A DNA stretch of 64,000 bases from Escherichia coli (GCF_030384885.1 NZ_CP128614.1); one strand, 5' to 3'. Numbered from the stretch's first letter, positions 10,754 to 21,309 are shown. Made by a program: numbers and translations. The notes: generated from the letters alone by a model not told the origin.

Positions 10754-11038
10754 TTATTTAAGCTGGTCATCGTCTCTGGCCAGCATAGCCCAACCATTCG
10801 ACTGGTTTTCGCGGGAGTAAGGATTCATTTCAAAATAACTATCTACCGCGTCGCTGTCCGCAACAGAACTGTTGTTAGCTCTCTTTGAACCCTGAACCAC
10901 TACAGCATCAACCTCTGCGGCTTTCCCGTTGCGCTGTACCAGGATTTTAACCGTCTTGGGCTTACGTCTTGCGAGCAGTTTGTTGGCGATAAAAAGCACA
11001 ACAATCCAGGCCAAAAGCACGTATAAAAATTTATTCAT
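10754..11038 (-). CDS. small membrane-anchored protein
   Basis: 94-aa ORF with one N-terminal TM helix (FLYVLLAWIVVLFIANKLL) and a basic juxtamembrane patch; palindromic motif 164 bp upstream. Confidence 0.45.
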   Translation of the reverse strand: MNKFLYVLLAWIVVLFIANKLLARRKPKTVKILVQRNGKAAEVDAVVVQGSKRANNSSVADSDAVDSYFEMNPYSRENQSNGWAMLARDDDQLK

Positions 11039-11201
11039 AATGCCCTCCTTTGTATGTGATTATTATACCTGCTTCCATTGCAGGCCAAACAGGTTCGGTG
11101 TATGAAAAATAGACTTCTCTCCGGCGTATAGCAATCTACTTACTGATCTGTTTTCGTATCAAACTGTATGGCATAACCGAGGGGCGTACGTGGTGAGTCA
11201 G

Positions 11202-11212
11202 AAAGTTACTTT
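11202..11212. promoter_or_regulatory. palindromic motif AAAGTTACTTT, copy 1
   Basis: exact 11-bp palindrome, 164 bp upstream of the minus-strand gene starting at 11038. Confidence 0.55.
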
Positions 11213-11394
11213 TCCGTAATAGTTAATTTCAGATCCTTCTTCCAGTTACGCTTCAGTATAAAACCGATACCCTCTAATTCAGCATCCTTCACGTTTAATA
11301 CGCTTCACTTTAAGGCAGGGCTTTTCGGTTGATATGAATTCTTTTTCCGGTTGCTGGACATGGGTTTCATCCTGATAGTTAAAATTGCAGGCTA

Positions 11395-11697
11395 TCAGTC
11401 ACCACCACCACCTCCTCCTCCTCCTCCTCCACCGCCACCATCACAACCACCAGCTATGCTATTTTCACCATTACAATCACCTCCGAGGGGGTTCAAATGG
11501 CTGCTCCCCTGTAGATGGTGTCCTTGCCAGATCGAACCCGAACCAGCGCCTCCTGAGCGTCTTTGCTTGCCCTGAGGCAATTGTGCAGGCTCACCAGCAC
11601 CGGCGGTCCCAAAAATGTCCCGGGCAATTTTATAAAGAAGGTAAAAAGGTACGCCCAGCATCATAAAAAAGATTACTGAAAATATTACACGTTCCAT
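11395..11697 (-). CDS. small membrane protein with C-terminal poly-glycine tail
   Basis: 100-aa ORF; N-terminal TM helix then a Gly-rich tail ending GGCDGGGGGGGGGGGGGD, encoded by a (GGN)n / (CCT)6 triplet repeat; plus-strand ORFs over the same repeat read as poly-Pro or poly-His, so the coding strand is uncertain. Confidence 0.35.
   Translation of the reverse strand: MERVIFSVIFFMMLGVPFYLLYKIARDIFGTAGAGEPAQLPQGKQRRSGGAGSGSIWQGHHLQGSSHLNPLGGDCNGENSIAGGCDGGGGGGGGGGGGGD
11399..11440. repeat. triplet simple-sequence repeat, (CCA)3(CCT)6 on the + strand
   Basis: caccaccaccacctcctcctcctcctcctccaccgccacc read directly. Confidence 0.8.
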
Positions 11698-12129
11698 TGA
11701 TGATCTCCTGTCTTGTGAGAGACCAGTTATATCAGGGTGATTCAGTATTTCCGTTTAGAAAAGAGTACTAATTTGGCCCTGTTCGATCTTAATTTGCCAT
11801 CCGGGAAAAAGTCATAGGGATAGGCCTGCCAGAGTCAATAACTTCCAGTGATCTGGAGGAGACCCCGGCTCTCTGAGCCCTCATGGATGGTACGGCTTTA
11901 CCCCCTGTAAACAGATTCACGTTCCGCAGGACAAACATCGACTACTGACGTCTCATATTTGCTGACGCTAATCCGACGTCTCATTGCCGTCTGCTTGTTT
12001 TCTTTAAAGGGTGTATTAGACGAATATCAAATCGGAATGGTAGGGGATGTGTGGGCACCATGCCCGGCCCTCTTTGAGCATCTGAGAGATTGGAGACCTA
12101 GCCGGGTAAGATAGCTACTTTCTTACGGG

Positions 12130-12498
12130 TTACCCTTCAAATCCAAAGACGAAACGGACGCTGCCGTTCTCCACGTGGAGACGCTTTACTTCTTCGACAA
12201 ATTCCTGGATCACCTCTCCGGCGTTATCGGGTGGTATGGCTGACAAAATTTCTTCCGAAGTCAGCCATGAGTATGAATGTTCACCGAATAAATCATCATC
12301 TTCGGACGGTATATCATCAGGTAATCCGCGTAATGCGTGGATAAAAACTGCTGATGTGCTCGCCCTTTCACGATCTACATCAAATCCGAGCCAGGCAAAG
12401 TGGAGATATGATCGGTCCCCTTTATAATTGCTTGATAAATTAATCCATTTACCAGGCTTTTCTTCCCTTTGAAATCGCCAGCAGATATCAACGCCCAT
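12130..12498 (-). CDS. hypothetical protein
   Basis: 122-aa ORF, acidic, no motif recognised. Confidence 0.4.
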   Translation of the reverse strand: MGVDICWRFQREEKPGKWINLSSNYKGDRSYLHFAWLGFDVDRERASTSAVFIHALRGLPDDIPSEDDDLFGEHSYSWLTSEEILSAIPPDNAGEVIQEFVEEVKRLHVENGSVRFVFGFEG

Positions 12499-12662
12499 TA
12501 AGAAACTCCATTACTATCGTTCGTATGAGATAACTATCATTTCAGAATACTATGACTTCTTCCCGTATAGAACTAATCGCTCACGCCAACTGGGCGAAGC
12601 CAACCGGTTCCGCCACTTCGCTCATTGGTTTTTAGGCGTAAGCACTGAAGCCAGTCTCCATG

Positions 12663-13205
12663 CTAACTGGCGAGCCTGCGAAAGTCAGACTCGTTGTTAT
12701 AAAGCGGCATATCGTAAGCGGTGTCTGAAATGAACATGCGGATCTGCTCAAGCGTCATGCCACAATGAAAACGGTTTACGCTCACATTGGCCCGGGGGAA
12801 GTCAGCACAAAACGCATTCAAAACATTTTCATGGACAATGCCAATGTTGATCAACGCAGCTGGCCCGTTGTCACGGAAGGATACGACACGGAATCCCCCA
12901 TACCAGCCTGAATGGGAGAAAAATGAAAATGCGCCGGATGCCAGACCATTAGACAGGTCATAGCGCAATTTCCCGCACAGAGACTGGCTGTCTTTGCTGT
13001 ACACGCGATTAATGAAAATACCGGGACCAACTTCTACCGGCTGCTTGTTGCTTGCTAAACACGGAAAGCCCACCAGCGAAACCTCCCTTTCTCCTGACCA
13101 GTTTACCTGATACCCGGCAGTGAGAAAGTCCGTCAGTTCTACGCCAGAAAGAGCATTAATGGCCGCGATATCGGTAGTCAAAATATTTACGTTTTTCATA
13201 TTCAT
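12663..13205 (-). CDS. hypothetical protein
   Basis: 180-aa ORF; next gene downstream of 13267..13704 on the same strand. Confidence 0.45.
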   Translation of the reverse strand: MNMKNVNILTTDIAAINALSGVELTDFLTAGYQVNWSGEREVSLVGFPCLASNKQPVEVGPGIFINRVYSKDSQSLCGKLRYDLSNGLASGAFSFFSHSGWYGGFRVVSFRDNGPAALINIGIVHENVLNAFCADFPRANVSVNRFHCGMTLEQIRMFISDTAYDMPLYNNESDFRRLAS

Positions 13206-13266
13206 CTCATCTTTATTCTAAAGTGCGTTTTTTGTCTATCAGCCCGAGGATTGAAAATTTGAATAT

Positions 13267-13704
13267 TTAATGTGACAGATAAATACCTGTCACTTTTTCA
13301 AAAACAGCCTGTAATTGAATATCGAGAGAGTTCATTTTAAAATCCACCAGCTCAGCTTTATTATCGCAAACCAAATAAAAATAGGAGTCAAATGCGTCTG
13401 TATCTTCATCTTTAAAAATACGGAAGGAATTAATTTTATCATGCCCTTCAAATTCGGCATGAATACCATAGCGAACCGAGCCGTCATCGAACTGAACAAC
13501 CCGTCGTACAGAATTAATCCGGACGTACTGTTTTAAGGCCCTCGCGAAATCGGCATTTAACGCCAACGCTCGTAAGATTGAATCAGCGGTTTCATTCTGC
13601 TTTTTACGATCGTATTCAAATATCCCACAGCCGGTGTTACGAAAGACCGGCTGAAGAGCATTAACCAGGTTGAAGGAATCCACGTTTCTGTCGTTTCTGT
13701 ACAT
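13267..13704 (-). CDS. hypothetical protein
   Basis: 145-aa ORF. Confidence 0.45.
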   Translation of the reverse strand: MYRNDRNVDSFNLVNALQPVFRNTGCGIFEYDRKKQNETADSILRALALNADFARALKQYVRINSVRRVVQFDDGSVRYGIHAEFEGHDKINSFRIFKDEDTDAFDSYFYLVCDNKAELVDFKMNSLDIQLQAVFEKVTGIYLSH

Positions 13705-13748
13705 GAGATATCTCCTGCCCCTCCGCTATACGAAGGGGCTTGATAGGG

Positions 13749-14045
13749 TTACTGCCAGGCTGCGATCACTTCTTCGCACTGGAAATGAGATAAGCACTGC
13801 TGGAGTAGAAGAGCCAGCACCGCTGTGTTAGGGACGCGATTGTTACACCACGCGTTGAAAAGCAGCTGCCATGGACCGGCATAATACCCGGCCAGTTTCT
13901 TTTTTTGTTTAGCTGTACGGCAGCGGGAAATGGCCTGCTGATAAAGGCTTTCATTCTCATCACCAGCCCGTTTTTGCAGAGTGCGATAAATATACGAATA
14001 AAGACTGTCAGAACAGTTTGAAGCGTACGCCAGTTGTTTTTTCAT
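13749..14045 (-). CDS. hypothetical protein
   Basis: 98-aa ORF. Confidence 0.4.
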   Translation of the reverse strand: MKKQLAYASNCSDSLYSYIYRTLQKRAGDENESLYQQAISRCRTAKQKKKLAGYYAGPWQLLFNAWCNNRVPNTAVLALLLQQCLSHFQCEEVIAAWQ

Positions 14046-14165
14046 AATACCTCCTGTTTAGAAGTATTATATGTAAACAGCCTCAGCGGCTAATAACCCG
14101 TAGCAATATAATTTGCATTTTTTCTATTTCTGAAGACGCTTTTTAAATTAATATTTACTGAGTTA

Positions 14166-14444
14166 TCACAACTTATTATTCTTCCCGTCTGCTGTTTTAT
14201 TAATCCCCCAGTTAGTAATCACGCCAAGTCGGCGCAATTTTTCACGTTGTTCATAAATAAAAAAATCGCCAAGGCAGTCTTTTAAAACTTCACTATCCTG
14301 ATATTTTATTTTTTGAAGCATCCTCGCAACTATGGCGCGTTTCAGGAATATGGCTGCATCAGACTCAAGCATTTGTGAGGACTGTCTGACGGTCTCCTGC
14401 ATGTCGACGATACTGCTGAGCTTTCGTCTGACCACGCTTAGCAT
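14166..14444 (-). CDS. hypothetical protein
   Basis: 92-aa ORF. Confidence 0.4.
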   Translation of the reverse strand: MLSVVRRKLSSIVDMQETVRQSSQMLESDAAIFLKRAIVARMLQKIKYQDSEVLKDCLGDFFIYEQREKLRRLGVITNWGINKTADGKNNKL

Positions 14445-14628
14445 AGTGTCCGGGAACCGCTTAGCGGCTGAATGTAACCCGCAACAACGTTACGCATTGT
14501 TTTACTCACTGCAATTTTCCATTTAAGTCTGTTTGTTCCACCAGCTGCTAACATCAGCGTTATTCATCCTGAGGTTTCGCCCGCGATTGACAGATCAGAG
14601 GCAGCATGGATGAAATTGCCAGAGTAGA

Positions 14629-14910
14629 TCACTGCATACGCGAATAGTGGTTTGTATTCAGTTCTGCGTTTGCCTGCTTTTCCAGTGCTGTCATAACCCG
14701 GCGGAGCATCGCCAGAGCCTGAACAGGCGAGCTCCCAAACTGCACTTTCACTTCAGCCGTATCATGATCCTGAATCAGGTCGAGTATATTCACTTCGATC
14801 CCTGCCCCGTTTTCATCTTTTGCCGTGCACTGAATACTTACCCGGGTCACCGAATCCGTCAGGACTGGCAGTGGGTTAGTTTTGTCTACGTTGATAACAG
14901 CCTTCTTCAT
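14629..14910 (-). CDS. hypothetical protein
   Basis: 93-aa ORF directly downstream of the ParB-like gene. Confidence 0.45.
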   Translation of the reverse strand: MKKAVINVDKTNPLPVLTDSVTRVSIQCTAKDENGAGIEVNILDLIQDHDTAEVKVQFGSSPVQALAMLRRVMTALEKQANAELNTNHYSRMQ

Positions 14911-14975
14911 TGCCCTGTTTCCCCTTGTCCTGAAAAAGTTACCGACCCGTCCGGATGGAGGGGTCGGTCAGAAAA

Positions 14976-16160
14976 TCATGACTGTCCCTTGTTCATCTTA
15001 TCAGCATGCTTACGCAGGTACTCTTTCAGGTCAGCATGAGCGTTGATGATATCGTTCATTTCATCATTGGTCAGAACAAGCGTGTAAGTATCAGTACTGA
15101 CAGATTCACCTTCTTTAAGCTTGGCTTCTTCAGCAATACGTTCAAAAATCGGGATCGCGGTGTCTGCAATGACGGTCACAGTCTTTTTGTTCAGAACGCT
15201 GGACATGGAAGGTGCTTTACCTGCCGGGTTCTGTTTAGGAGCGCTGTCCTTTGGAGCTGGAGCCGGTTCCTGTACCGGTGGCGTATCCAGCGTCTCCGTA
15301 TTGCTTTCATCGTTCAGTTGATCCGGTACCGGGGTGTTATCGGTAGTATCATCTGCCGGTTGCTCAGCACCGATGTTTTCCGGAGTCTGCGGATCTGCCA
15401 TGCGCTCTTCTACCTTGGCAGCTTTGACGAATTTCAGCGTGTTTTTCGTCGCCTTGCCATAGATGGAGATCGCTTTGTTGATGTTATCTACCGCATCCTC
15501 ACCGCTGTACATATACTCGTCCAGTGCAACGTACATGCTCACCTGATCGCTCACAAGCATGGTCTGTAGTTCAGAAGGCAGGTCCAGTACGCGAACCATC
15601 TGGCGAAGATGCTGCTCTGATTTACCACGTTTTTTTGCCAGTTCCGCAAAGGTCTTAGGCTCTTCTTTATCTTCAACCAGACGCTTAATTGAAAGCGCTT
15701 CAGCTACGACAGACAGCGCCAGGTTGGAGTTGCCGGTCAGGGTGAAGAGTTCTGCTTTTGAAGCGCTACCGCGAAACTCTTCGCAGCGAATACGAGTAAT
15801 GCGTTCACGCCCTTCTGCTTCCAGCTGGCGGTTTGCAATAGCGATGGAACGGATACGGCAAGCCCCCTGACGCAGTACAGGTACGCCATTAACCATCTGA
15901 ACAACGATAGGCGTCACGCTGAACGGGTCTTCCATGTAGGCATCGGCCAGGCTGTTCAGGTGTTCCACAACGTGAGGCATTGAATAGTAGAGCTCGCCCA
16001 TACCGGCCGTGCGGGTGTTAAAGCCTTCCTGCTCTACAACAACCGAAGGGTCAATGATAAGGCCGTTGCCTTTACGGGCACCGTTACCAGTGCGTTCCAG
16101 GTAACCACGAAGGCTGATTTCGTTGCTGTTGTTTTTTACTTCAGTTTCGATTGCGGACAT
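14976..16160 (-). CDS. ParB-like protein with an acidic, Pro-rich linker
   Basis: 394-aa ORF; N-terminal region with GFNTR and RIRSIAIANRQ resembles a ParB/Srx-type domain; central low-complexity acidic/Pro-rich segment; two copies of the palindromic motif upstream. Confidence 0.5.
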   Translation of the reverse strand: MSAIETEVKNNSNEISLRGYLERTGNGARKGNGLIIDPSVVVEQEGFNTRTAGMGELYYSMPHVVEHLNSLADAYMEDPFSVTPIVVQMVNGVPVLRQGACRIRSIAIANRQLEAEGRERITRIRCEEFRGSASKAELFTLTGNSNLALSVVAEALSIKRLVEDKEEPKTFAELAKKRGKSEQHLRQMVRVLDLPSELQTMLVSDQVSMYVALDEYMYSGEDAVDNINKAISIYGKATKNTLKFVKAAKVEERMADPQTPENIGAEQPADDTTDNTPVPDQLNDESNTETLDTPPVQEPAPAPKDSAPKQNPAGKAPSMSSVLNKKTVTVIADTAIPIFERIAEEAKLKEGESVSTDTYTLVLTNDEMNDIINAHADLKEYLRKHADKMNKGQS

Positions 16161-16250
16161 TTTTGTTCTCTTTTTTGGTTGGTTGTTTAACTGCGCTACA
16201 ACACAACAATACCAGGTTCGACATTTTTCCTAATAGGTTGCGGAGAAGAA

Positions 16251-16261
16251 AAAGTAACTTT
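16251..16261. promoter_or_regulatory. palindromic motif AAAGTAACTTT, copy 2
   Basis: 91 bp upstream of the ParB-like gene start. Confidence 0.55.
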
Positions 16262-16376
16262 TTTTAAAAATTTTCCTGAGGCAATACTACTCGATCCGTC
16301 CGTTTTAAATCTTCACAACAGTGGGCCGTTTTTACGTTTAAGCAAAATAACTGGTTCAGAAGGTGACTCAGAGAGA

Positions 16377-16387
16377 AAAGTTACTTT
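16377..16387. promoter_or_regulatory. palindromic motif AAAGTTACTTT, copy 3
   Basis: 217 bp upstream of the ParB-like gene start; extended context GAAAAGTTACTTTTCCGGTTG. Confidence 0.55.
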
Positions 16388-17261
16388 TCCGGTTGTCTGG
16401 GCCAGTGATGGGAGAGTGGCAGGACAGGAATGGCTAAACCGGTGCGGGTCTCTTGTAAGTCGCAGGGGATTCAGGAGATATAGAGGTAAACTGGTACGTT
16501 CAGTTTTTGGATTGAGCCGGGCTTTTGGCCCGGGCTTAAGGAAGCAGAAATTTGAACGAACTGGCAGGTAATGCTTTATGCCGCCGACAGCTGGCCGTCA
16601 GTGCTTTGCTGTTCTGGTTTGACAGTTGGGGGATAACCGGCAGTTAGCCGCTGGCATTCCGCATCACAGAAAGCCCTGAGGTTGCTGAAGACGGACTCCA
16701 TGAAATCAGCATGAGCATACGAGTCTACAGGACGTGTCTTGTTATCTTTCATCTTGTTCTCCTCAATCATTATTAAAACCAGCGGATTTAGTTTCTGGCG
16801 CTCCATCTGCTGACCGGCTTTCCCAGAGAGCAGCGATGTGTCGGGTTCTTTTTCTCATTTTATCGTTTTCATCGGGCCCATCCGGGCGTATAAGAGACCG
16901 ATTTGGCATGTTTAGGAAACGTACTGGCGTAATTAAAAGCTGAGGTTGGATTTGGAATAAAAGGATGCTTTTCCCGTTTGTCGGGTCTTTCGCCACCGCT
17001 GCACGATGATTCTGTCAGGCATTCTGCGCCCTCCCAGGCTGCACATCTGGAAACAAGCGTTGGGATGTTCCCTTCCCCTGCTCACCGTAGAAAGATCGGC
17101 AAGTCCCGACGGTCGTTCCGTACGAGCCGGGTCCAAATAATGAATAAATAAAACGCCGCTTCAATTGTATTGACAATAGAAGTCAGGAGGATCATAGTGT
17201 CATTCATGGTGCGGCTTTCGCACCACCGCCCCGGCGGTACCGGGCAGAACTGGAGTACCTC

Positions 17262-18206
17262 ATGAAACTTTCCCGTCAGACGACTTCTGATACTTCTGTT
17301 GATGGCCGTTCACGCGCATATGCCTGGGGCCGTGTCCATTATTTCATTATCGAACATGCACCAATGGCTGAGCTGGTCGCTATTGACGAGCTGCTGGAAA
17401 AAGCTGGCTGGAGCAATGACGGCTGTCCGAACTATGAGAAAGATGACGAGTTTGGTAATGCTGGTTACAGCTGTGGTTACTGGATCGATATTGACAGCGT
17501 GGGAAGCTTCAAGGCTGACTACAAACGTCTTAAGGGGGAGATTAGTGCGCATATCGCCTCAAAGGCGGCAGAGGTGGAGATCCGCGTACTGGACTCGATG
17601 TCCGACAAAGAATGTAAAGATGTTGCCTCGGTGGCATCTACTGTTCGCCGTGACTTACGTACGCAGTCCGAATCGCTTCATTCACTGCGTACAATCGTAA
17701 CGGTTGATCATTACAATCCCTATGTGACCACCAGCCGCCCGCTGAGCATTTCCGCCTGGACACTTATCCACGACTGTCTGAAAACAGGCACCATCAATGA
17801 CGTCTGTTCACGGTTGAGTTCATTAATCCTGCACTCTGAAGCCGCGATTGCCCGTTGTAAGGGAAGCTCCGACTACTCTTCGGAACACGCTCAGCTATCG
17901 TTTTTTGCTGGTAACGACTATGTCACCAGACGCACCCTTGTTGATGCAGCTCACGAAGAGGCTCTGCGAATGAACCGCCGCTTTGATGAACGCATTGCAA
18001 TGAACGCGGATTCTGATGCCAGAAGGCTCCAGTGCGAATTCAACCTTAGCAACCATGTCGTACAGCGTAGGACCGTTGAATCTGCTCATATCCAGGCACT
18101 CAATGAAGACGTCACCCGTTCACAGGCGGAACCACGCTGCCCTGGAAAGCTTCTTCTGAATATGACCAGTCATGAGGAAGTGCGGGACTCACTGAGCGCC
18201 TGTTAG
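17262..18206 (+). CDS. hypothetical protein
   Basis: 314-aa ORF, first gene of a short plus-strand block; no motif recognised. Confidence 0.5.
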   Translation: MKLSRQTTSDTSVDGRSRAYAWGRVHYFIIEHAPMAELVAIDELLEKAGWSNDGCPNYEKDDEFGNAGYSCGYWIDIDSVGSFKADYKRLKGEISAHIASKAAEVEIRVLDSMSDKECKDVASVASTVRRDLRTQSESLHSLRTIVTVDHYNPYVTTSRPLSISAWTLIHDCLKTGTINDVCSRLSSLILHSEAAIARCKGSSDYSSEHAQLSFFAGNDYVTRRTLVDAAHEEALRMNRRFDERIAMNADSDARRLQCEFNLSNHVVQRRTVESAHIQALNEDVTRSQAEPRCPGKLLLNMTSHEEVRDSLSAC

Positions 18207-18302
18207 TCCAGCGACACCCCCTGCGGCTCTACTACCGGGCCGCAGTCTGCTCCTGCCCAGATGGTGCCAGTGGTGTAATGAATTTGTTTAATAAGGCTAA
18301 GT

Positions 18303-18905
18303 ATGATGAATAAAGAACAACTAATCGACAAACTGGAACGCGTGGTATGTGGTCAGTACTCCTACGAAATGCAGGAGCTTGCGTATTCGGCCCTCTGCTG
18401 CATTAAAGGCACCCCGGACGACTGCGCTAAGTTCCCTGTTACGCGTCCGCTGCCTGACACCTTAGTGGACGTATGGGACGAAATCGGGCAATACCTTGGC
18501 ACAGGCAAAGCCATTGAAACTCGCAGTTGCGGCGTTTCGCTTCTGCTTCATGGACACTGCTACGATTCAAATCATGTGCTTTACTGGCGCAATGCTGGCG
18601 CACTTCCAGCAGCTTGCGATACGCCACTGGCTGGTGGGTCTCGCAAACTGTTCACCTGCTCAGCCTGTGGAGTGGACGGTCTGGATGAACCACCTGAAAC
18701 CAGTTGCCACTGCTGCACAGAGGGGGCCCACTGGGTTGAGAGCAGGCTCTTCACCTCCGGGCAGGCAGACCCTGAAGAATTTAGACCCGTGGCGGTCGTG
18801 AAAGAGTGTGCAGGCTCAACGCCGGATGATCGGCTCATCTGGAGTGTGATTGAACAGCTCAACGGCGAACTGGCGGAAGGCGATAAACTATTTAAGCGAC
18901 GCTGA
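18303..18905 (+). CDS. hypothetical Cys-rich protein
   Basis: 200-aa ORF with clustered Cys (CSACGVDG...CHCC), possibly metal-binding. Confidence 0.45.
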   Translation: MMNKEQLIDKLERVVCGQYSYEMQELAYSALCCIKGTPDDCAKFPVTRPLPDTLVDVWDEIGQYLGTGKAIETRSCGVSLLLHGHCYDSNHVLYWRNAGALPAACDTPLAGGSRKLFTCSACGVDGLDEPPETSCHCCTEGAHWVESRLFTSGQADPEEFRPVAVVKECAGSTPDDRLIWSVIEQLNGELAEGDKLFKRR

Positions 18906-18958
18906 CAGATCACGGCAGCATTTATAACAGACGAACTCCAGAATAATTTAAAGCAACC

Positions 18959-19315
18959 ATGAACATGAAAAAGCCCAAAGCTGCATTACAGAATGCCATG
19001 AAAGAAGATGTGCCAGCTGTGACACAGATTCAGATGCGATCTACGGTTTCCAGAAAGGTTCGCTATGTAAAACAGGCAAATCGAGAGGGTCTGAAATTAT
19101 CTGAGTGGATGTCGCGGCATCTCGACGCTGTCTGTGATACCGCAGATGAGATTCATAAAGGCAAACGCTCAACTCCGGTTGCGCCTGGGAAGATTCCCCC
19201 AGAGGTATACCAGGTGATATACGATCAGTGCGGCGGGTTCGTGGAGTGTGATGCTAATGCCCAGGTTATCTGGGAAGCCTGCCGTAATGCCATTCTTAAC
19301 GGAGACAAAGGGTAA
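18959..19315 (+). CDS. hypothetical protein
   Basis: 118-aa ORF. Confidence 0.4.
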   Translation: MNMKKPKAALQNAMKEDVPAVTQIQMRSTVSRKVRYVKQANREGLKLSEWMSRHLDAVCDTADEIHKGKRSTPVAPGKIPPEVYQVIYDQCGGFVECDANAQVIWEACRNAILNGDKG

Positions 19316-19345
19316 ACGGCAGGTATCGCCTGTCATTTTACCCTT

Positions 19346-19564
19346 GTGAGGACAATACTGATGAACCATGAGAGCCGAACTGTATACCTGAACACGGCCA
19401 TTGAGGCCCTGCTGAAAGCTGAGGCGGCTCTGAACGATCTGGCATTAGCCTATGAGCTTAAACCTGATGAAAAGGCAAGCGCATGCCATCCCAGAACCGG
19501 CACACTTTCCACTGCGTCCCAGGTAAAAAAACTCCGCCGTGTCCTTGAGAAGCAGAAGGTATGA
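19346..19564 (+). CDS. hypothetical small protein
   Basis: 72-aa ORF. Confidence 0.35.
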   Translation: MRTILMNHESRTVYLNTAIEALLKAEAALNDLALAYELKPDEKASACHPRTGTLSTASQVKKLRRVLEKQKV

Positions 19565-19573
19565 AGGGCTGCA

Positions 19574-19876
19574 TCAGCCAGGCCCGGATATAAATACATG
19601 CTCTGCCAGGTGAGTACCACTGCCCGGTAGCCGAATGATAAGTTTTGATTTCACGGTTGCAATTTCTCCCTCTGGCATCACTGCTCCACGATGCACCCCG
19701 ATCAGCTTAGCGTCTGAAAATGAAGATGCACCGGACCTGCATGAAGCGGAACGGTGCCCAGCTGAGTGTTTGTGGGCACAATGAACCGCAATTTCATGAT
19801 GGGAATGAAAGATGGCTGGTGGCCCGCTGATATGAACGCTTACCCTGCATAACGTTACTAACCACAATCTTTTCAC
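19574..19876 (-). pseudogene. possible degenerate RadC-like (JAB/MPN) remnant
   Basis: 100-aa ORF with VH...AHKHSAG, reminiscent of the RadC AHNHPSG region but with the HxHx7Sx2D signature not intact; weak. Confidence 0.2.
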
Positions 19877-19913
19877 TAAAAGAAAAAAGGGTTCCTCCGC
19901 TTTAGAGGAACCC
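19876..19913 (-). terminator. rho-independent terminator (minus-strand sense), probably the displaced hok terminator
   Basis: stem GGGTTCCTC...GAGGAACCC followed on the minus strand by a U-run (plus strand AAAAAA at 19883-19888); adjoins the IS186 insertion site. Confidence 0.5.
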
Positions 19914-19969
19914 TTTCAAAAGGTGCCGATGGCATACTAATCCACACCCTGAAAAGAGGGGGGTTGCCC

Positions 19970-21309
19970 CCATAAGCGCTAACTTAAGGGTTGAACCATC
20001 TGAAGAATGCGACGCCTCGGTGCCTCGTTAAGACGATGCCTCGCGTTCTTCAATTGCGTTTTGTAGGCTGTCAGGGATACTGTCCCACGAATGGCCACCT
20101 GTAAGCTCCAGATGACCATTTTTGTTATTCTCCACAACGAGTTAGTTCTTCTTTTCGGATCCGGCACTTCTGGGGGGGAAATCCAGCGATGGCTGGATTA
20201 TGTCGTCAATTAAAAATGCGGCGAGTAGATTAGCAAATATCCACGCTTTCGCGAGTTCAGGTTCCTTTGCACGCAAAGCATCCAGGTGCAGCAAACTTTT
20301 GAGCCGCTTAAAAGCCAGTTCAATTTGCCATCGCAGACGGTAACAATCAGCCACTTGCTCTGCTGAATATTCATCTTCCGGTAATGATGTTAGCAATAGC
20401 ACATGGCCCGCTGCTTCCAGCGTTTCCGCCTGAACTACTCGTCCTTTTCGACGATTCTCGCTGAGCAGTCGGGTTTTACTGATTAATGCTTTTTCGGGAG
20501 GAAGTGATACGGCAATGAGACGTGCCGGAAAGGGAGCTCCGGCTTTTTTATTACCTGAATTGCCTATCATTACAGTGGTTTCACCGTTCTTACCGCAATC
20601 CAGCCCGCGCAGAAAACCCATCATGTCAAAGCGCATTCCTTCTGCAGTTAACCAGCGCAATCCTCGCCAGTGAACCCGGACGATATAATCAGCTTCTCCA
20701 AAAGCAAGTGAGCGGATACATTCGGGACGCGAACCGAATCCCCGGTCAGCAATGCGTATCTCGTCTGCCGTTTGCGCAAATCGGTCCAGCCGTTCAGCGT
20801 CTCTGCTGTCGGTTAGCTCAAAATCAGTGAACTGACAGGTATGAGGATCATATCCCATATGTAGTCGCCATTCAGCGCTGCCGCCCCCGGGCGCACTGAT
20901 TGCTGTTCCATCGACAAGACGCAATCTCTTTCCGCTTGTACAACCCGTAACTGCGGCGCGTACAGCAAGTGTTTGTGCGGCAAGTATGCCAAACCAGTCG
21001 GCGGCATTCCGCAGCCGCTTCAGGAGAGCCACGTCAGATAATGTTGCAACGTCATGGAGCTGAGCCCATGCAGTGACTTCACGTAATGACATCCCCCCGG
21101 GGCCGTAAGCCAGCCCCAGACGTAGCAGAGTTGCAGCATCACGAATTTCGCGGCGGCGGGTTAGAGCCCCGGCATTACGTGCCGAAGTATCCAGTTCTTC
21201 GGGCTTACCAATATGGGCCAGAATTGCTGACCAGTTATCGTGAGAGTAATTCATCGGCACGTTAAATCATATCAGGCGTAATACCACAACCCTTAAGTTA
21301 GCGCTTATG
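19970..21309 (-). mobile_element. IS186 (IS4 family) insertion sequence
   Basis: about 1340 bp bounded by perfect inverted repeats CATAAGCGCTAACTTAAGGGTTG (19970-19992) and its reverse complement (21287-21309); flanked by a direct duplication of about 12 bp (GGGGGTTGCCCC) within a GC-rich palindromic target. Confidence 0.85.
20142..21260 (-). CDS. insL: IS186 transposase (DDE, IS4 family)
   Basis: 372-aa ORF filling the IS; N-terminus MPMNYSHDNWSAILAHIGKPEEL recognised as IS186 transposase from memory. Confidence 0.85.
   Translation of the reverse strand: MPMNYSHDNWSAILAHIGKPEELDTSARNAGALTRRREIRDAATLLRLGLAYGPGGMSLREVTAWAQLHDVATLSDVALLKRLRNAADWFGILAAQTLAVRAAVTGCTSGKRLRLVDGTAISAPGGGSAEWRLHMGYDPHTCQFTDFELTDSRDAERLDRFAQTADEIRIADRGFGSRPECIRSLAFGEADYIVRVHWRGLRWLTAEGMRFDMMGFLRGLDCGKNGETTVMIGNSGNKKAGAPFPARLIAVSLPPEKALISKTRLLSENRRKGRVVQAETLEAAGHVLLLTSLPEDEYSAEQVADCYRLRWQIELAFKRLKSLLHLDALRAKEPELAKAWIFANLLAAFLIDDIIQPSLDFPPRSAGSEKKN

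Noticed and set aside
11351-11666. Plus-strand ORFs over the triplet repeat, encoding poly-Pro and poly-His tracts
   Set aside because: They are translations of the same simple repeat in other frames with no membrane or signal features; the minus-strand reading is slightly more gene-like, but none is secure, so only the repeat itself is reported with confidence.
15006-15870. Plus-strand ORFs (187, 66 and 103 aa) antisense to the ParB-like gene
   Set aside because: Embedded antisense in a longer coding region; the products are Arg/Ser-rich, typical of antisense translation of acidic genes.
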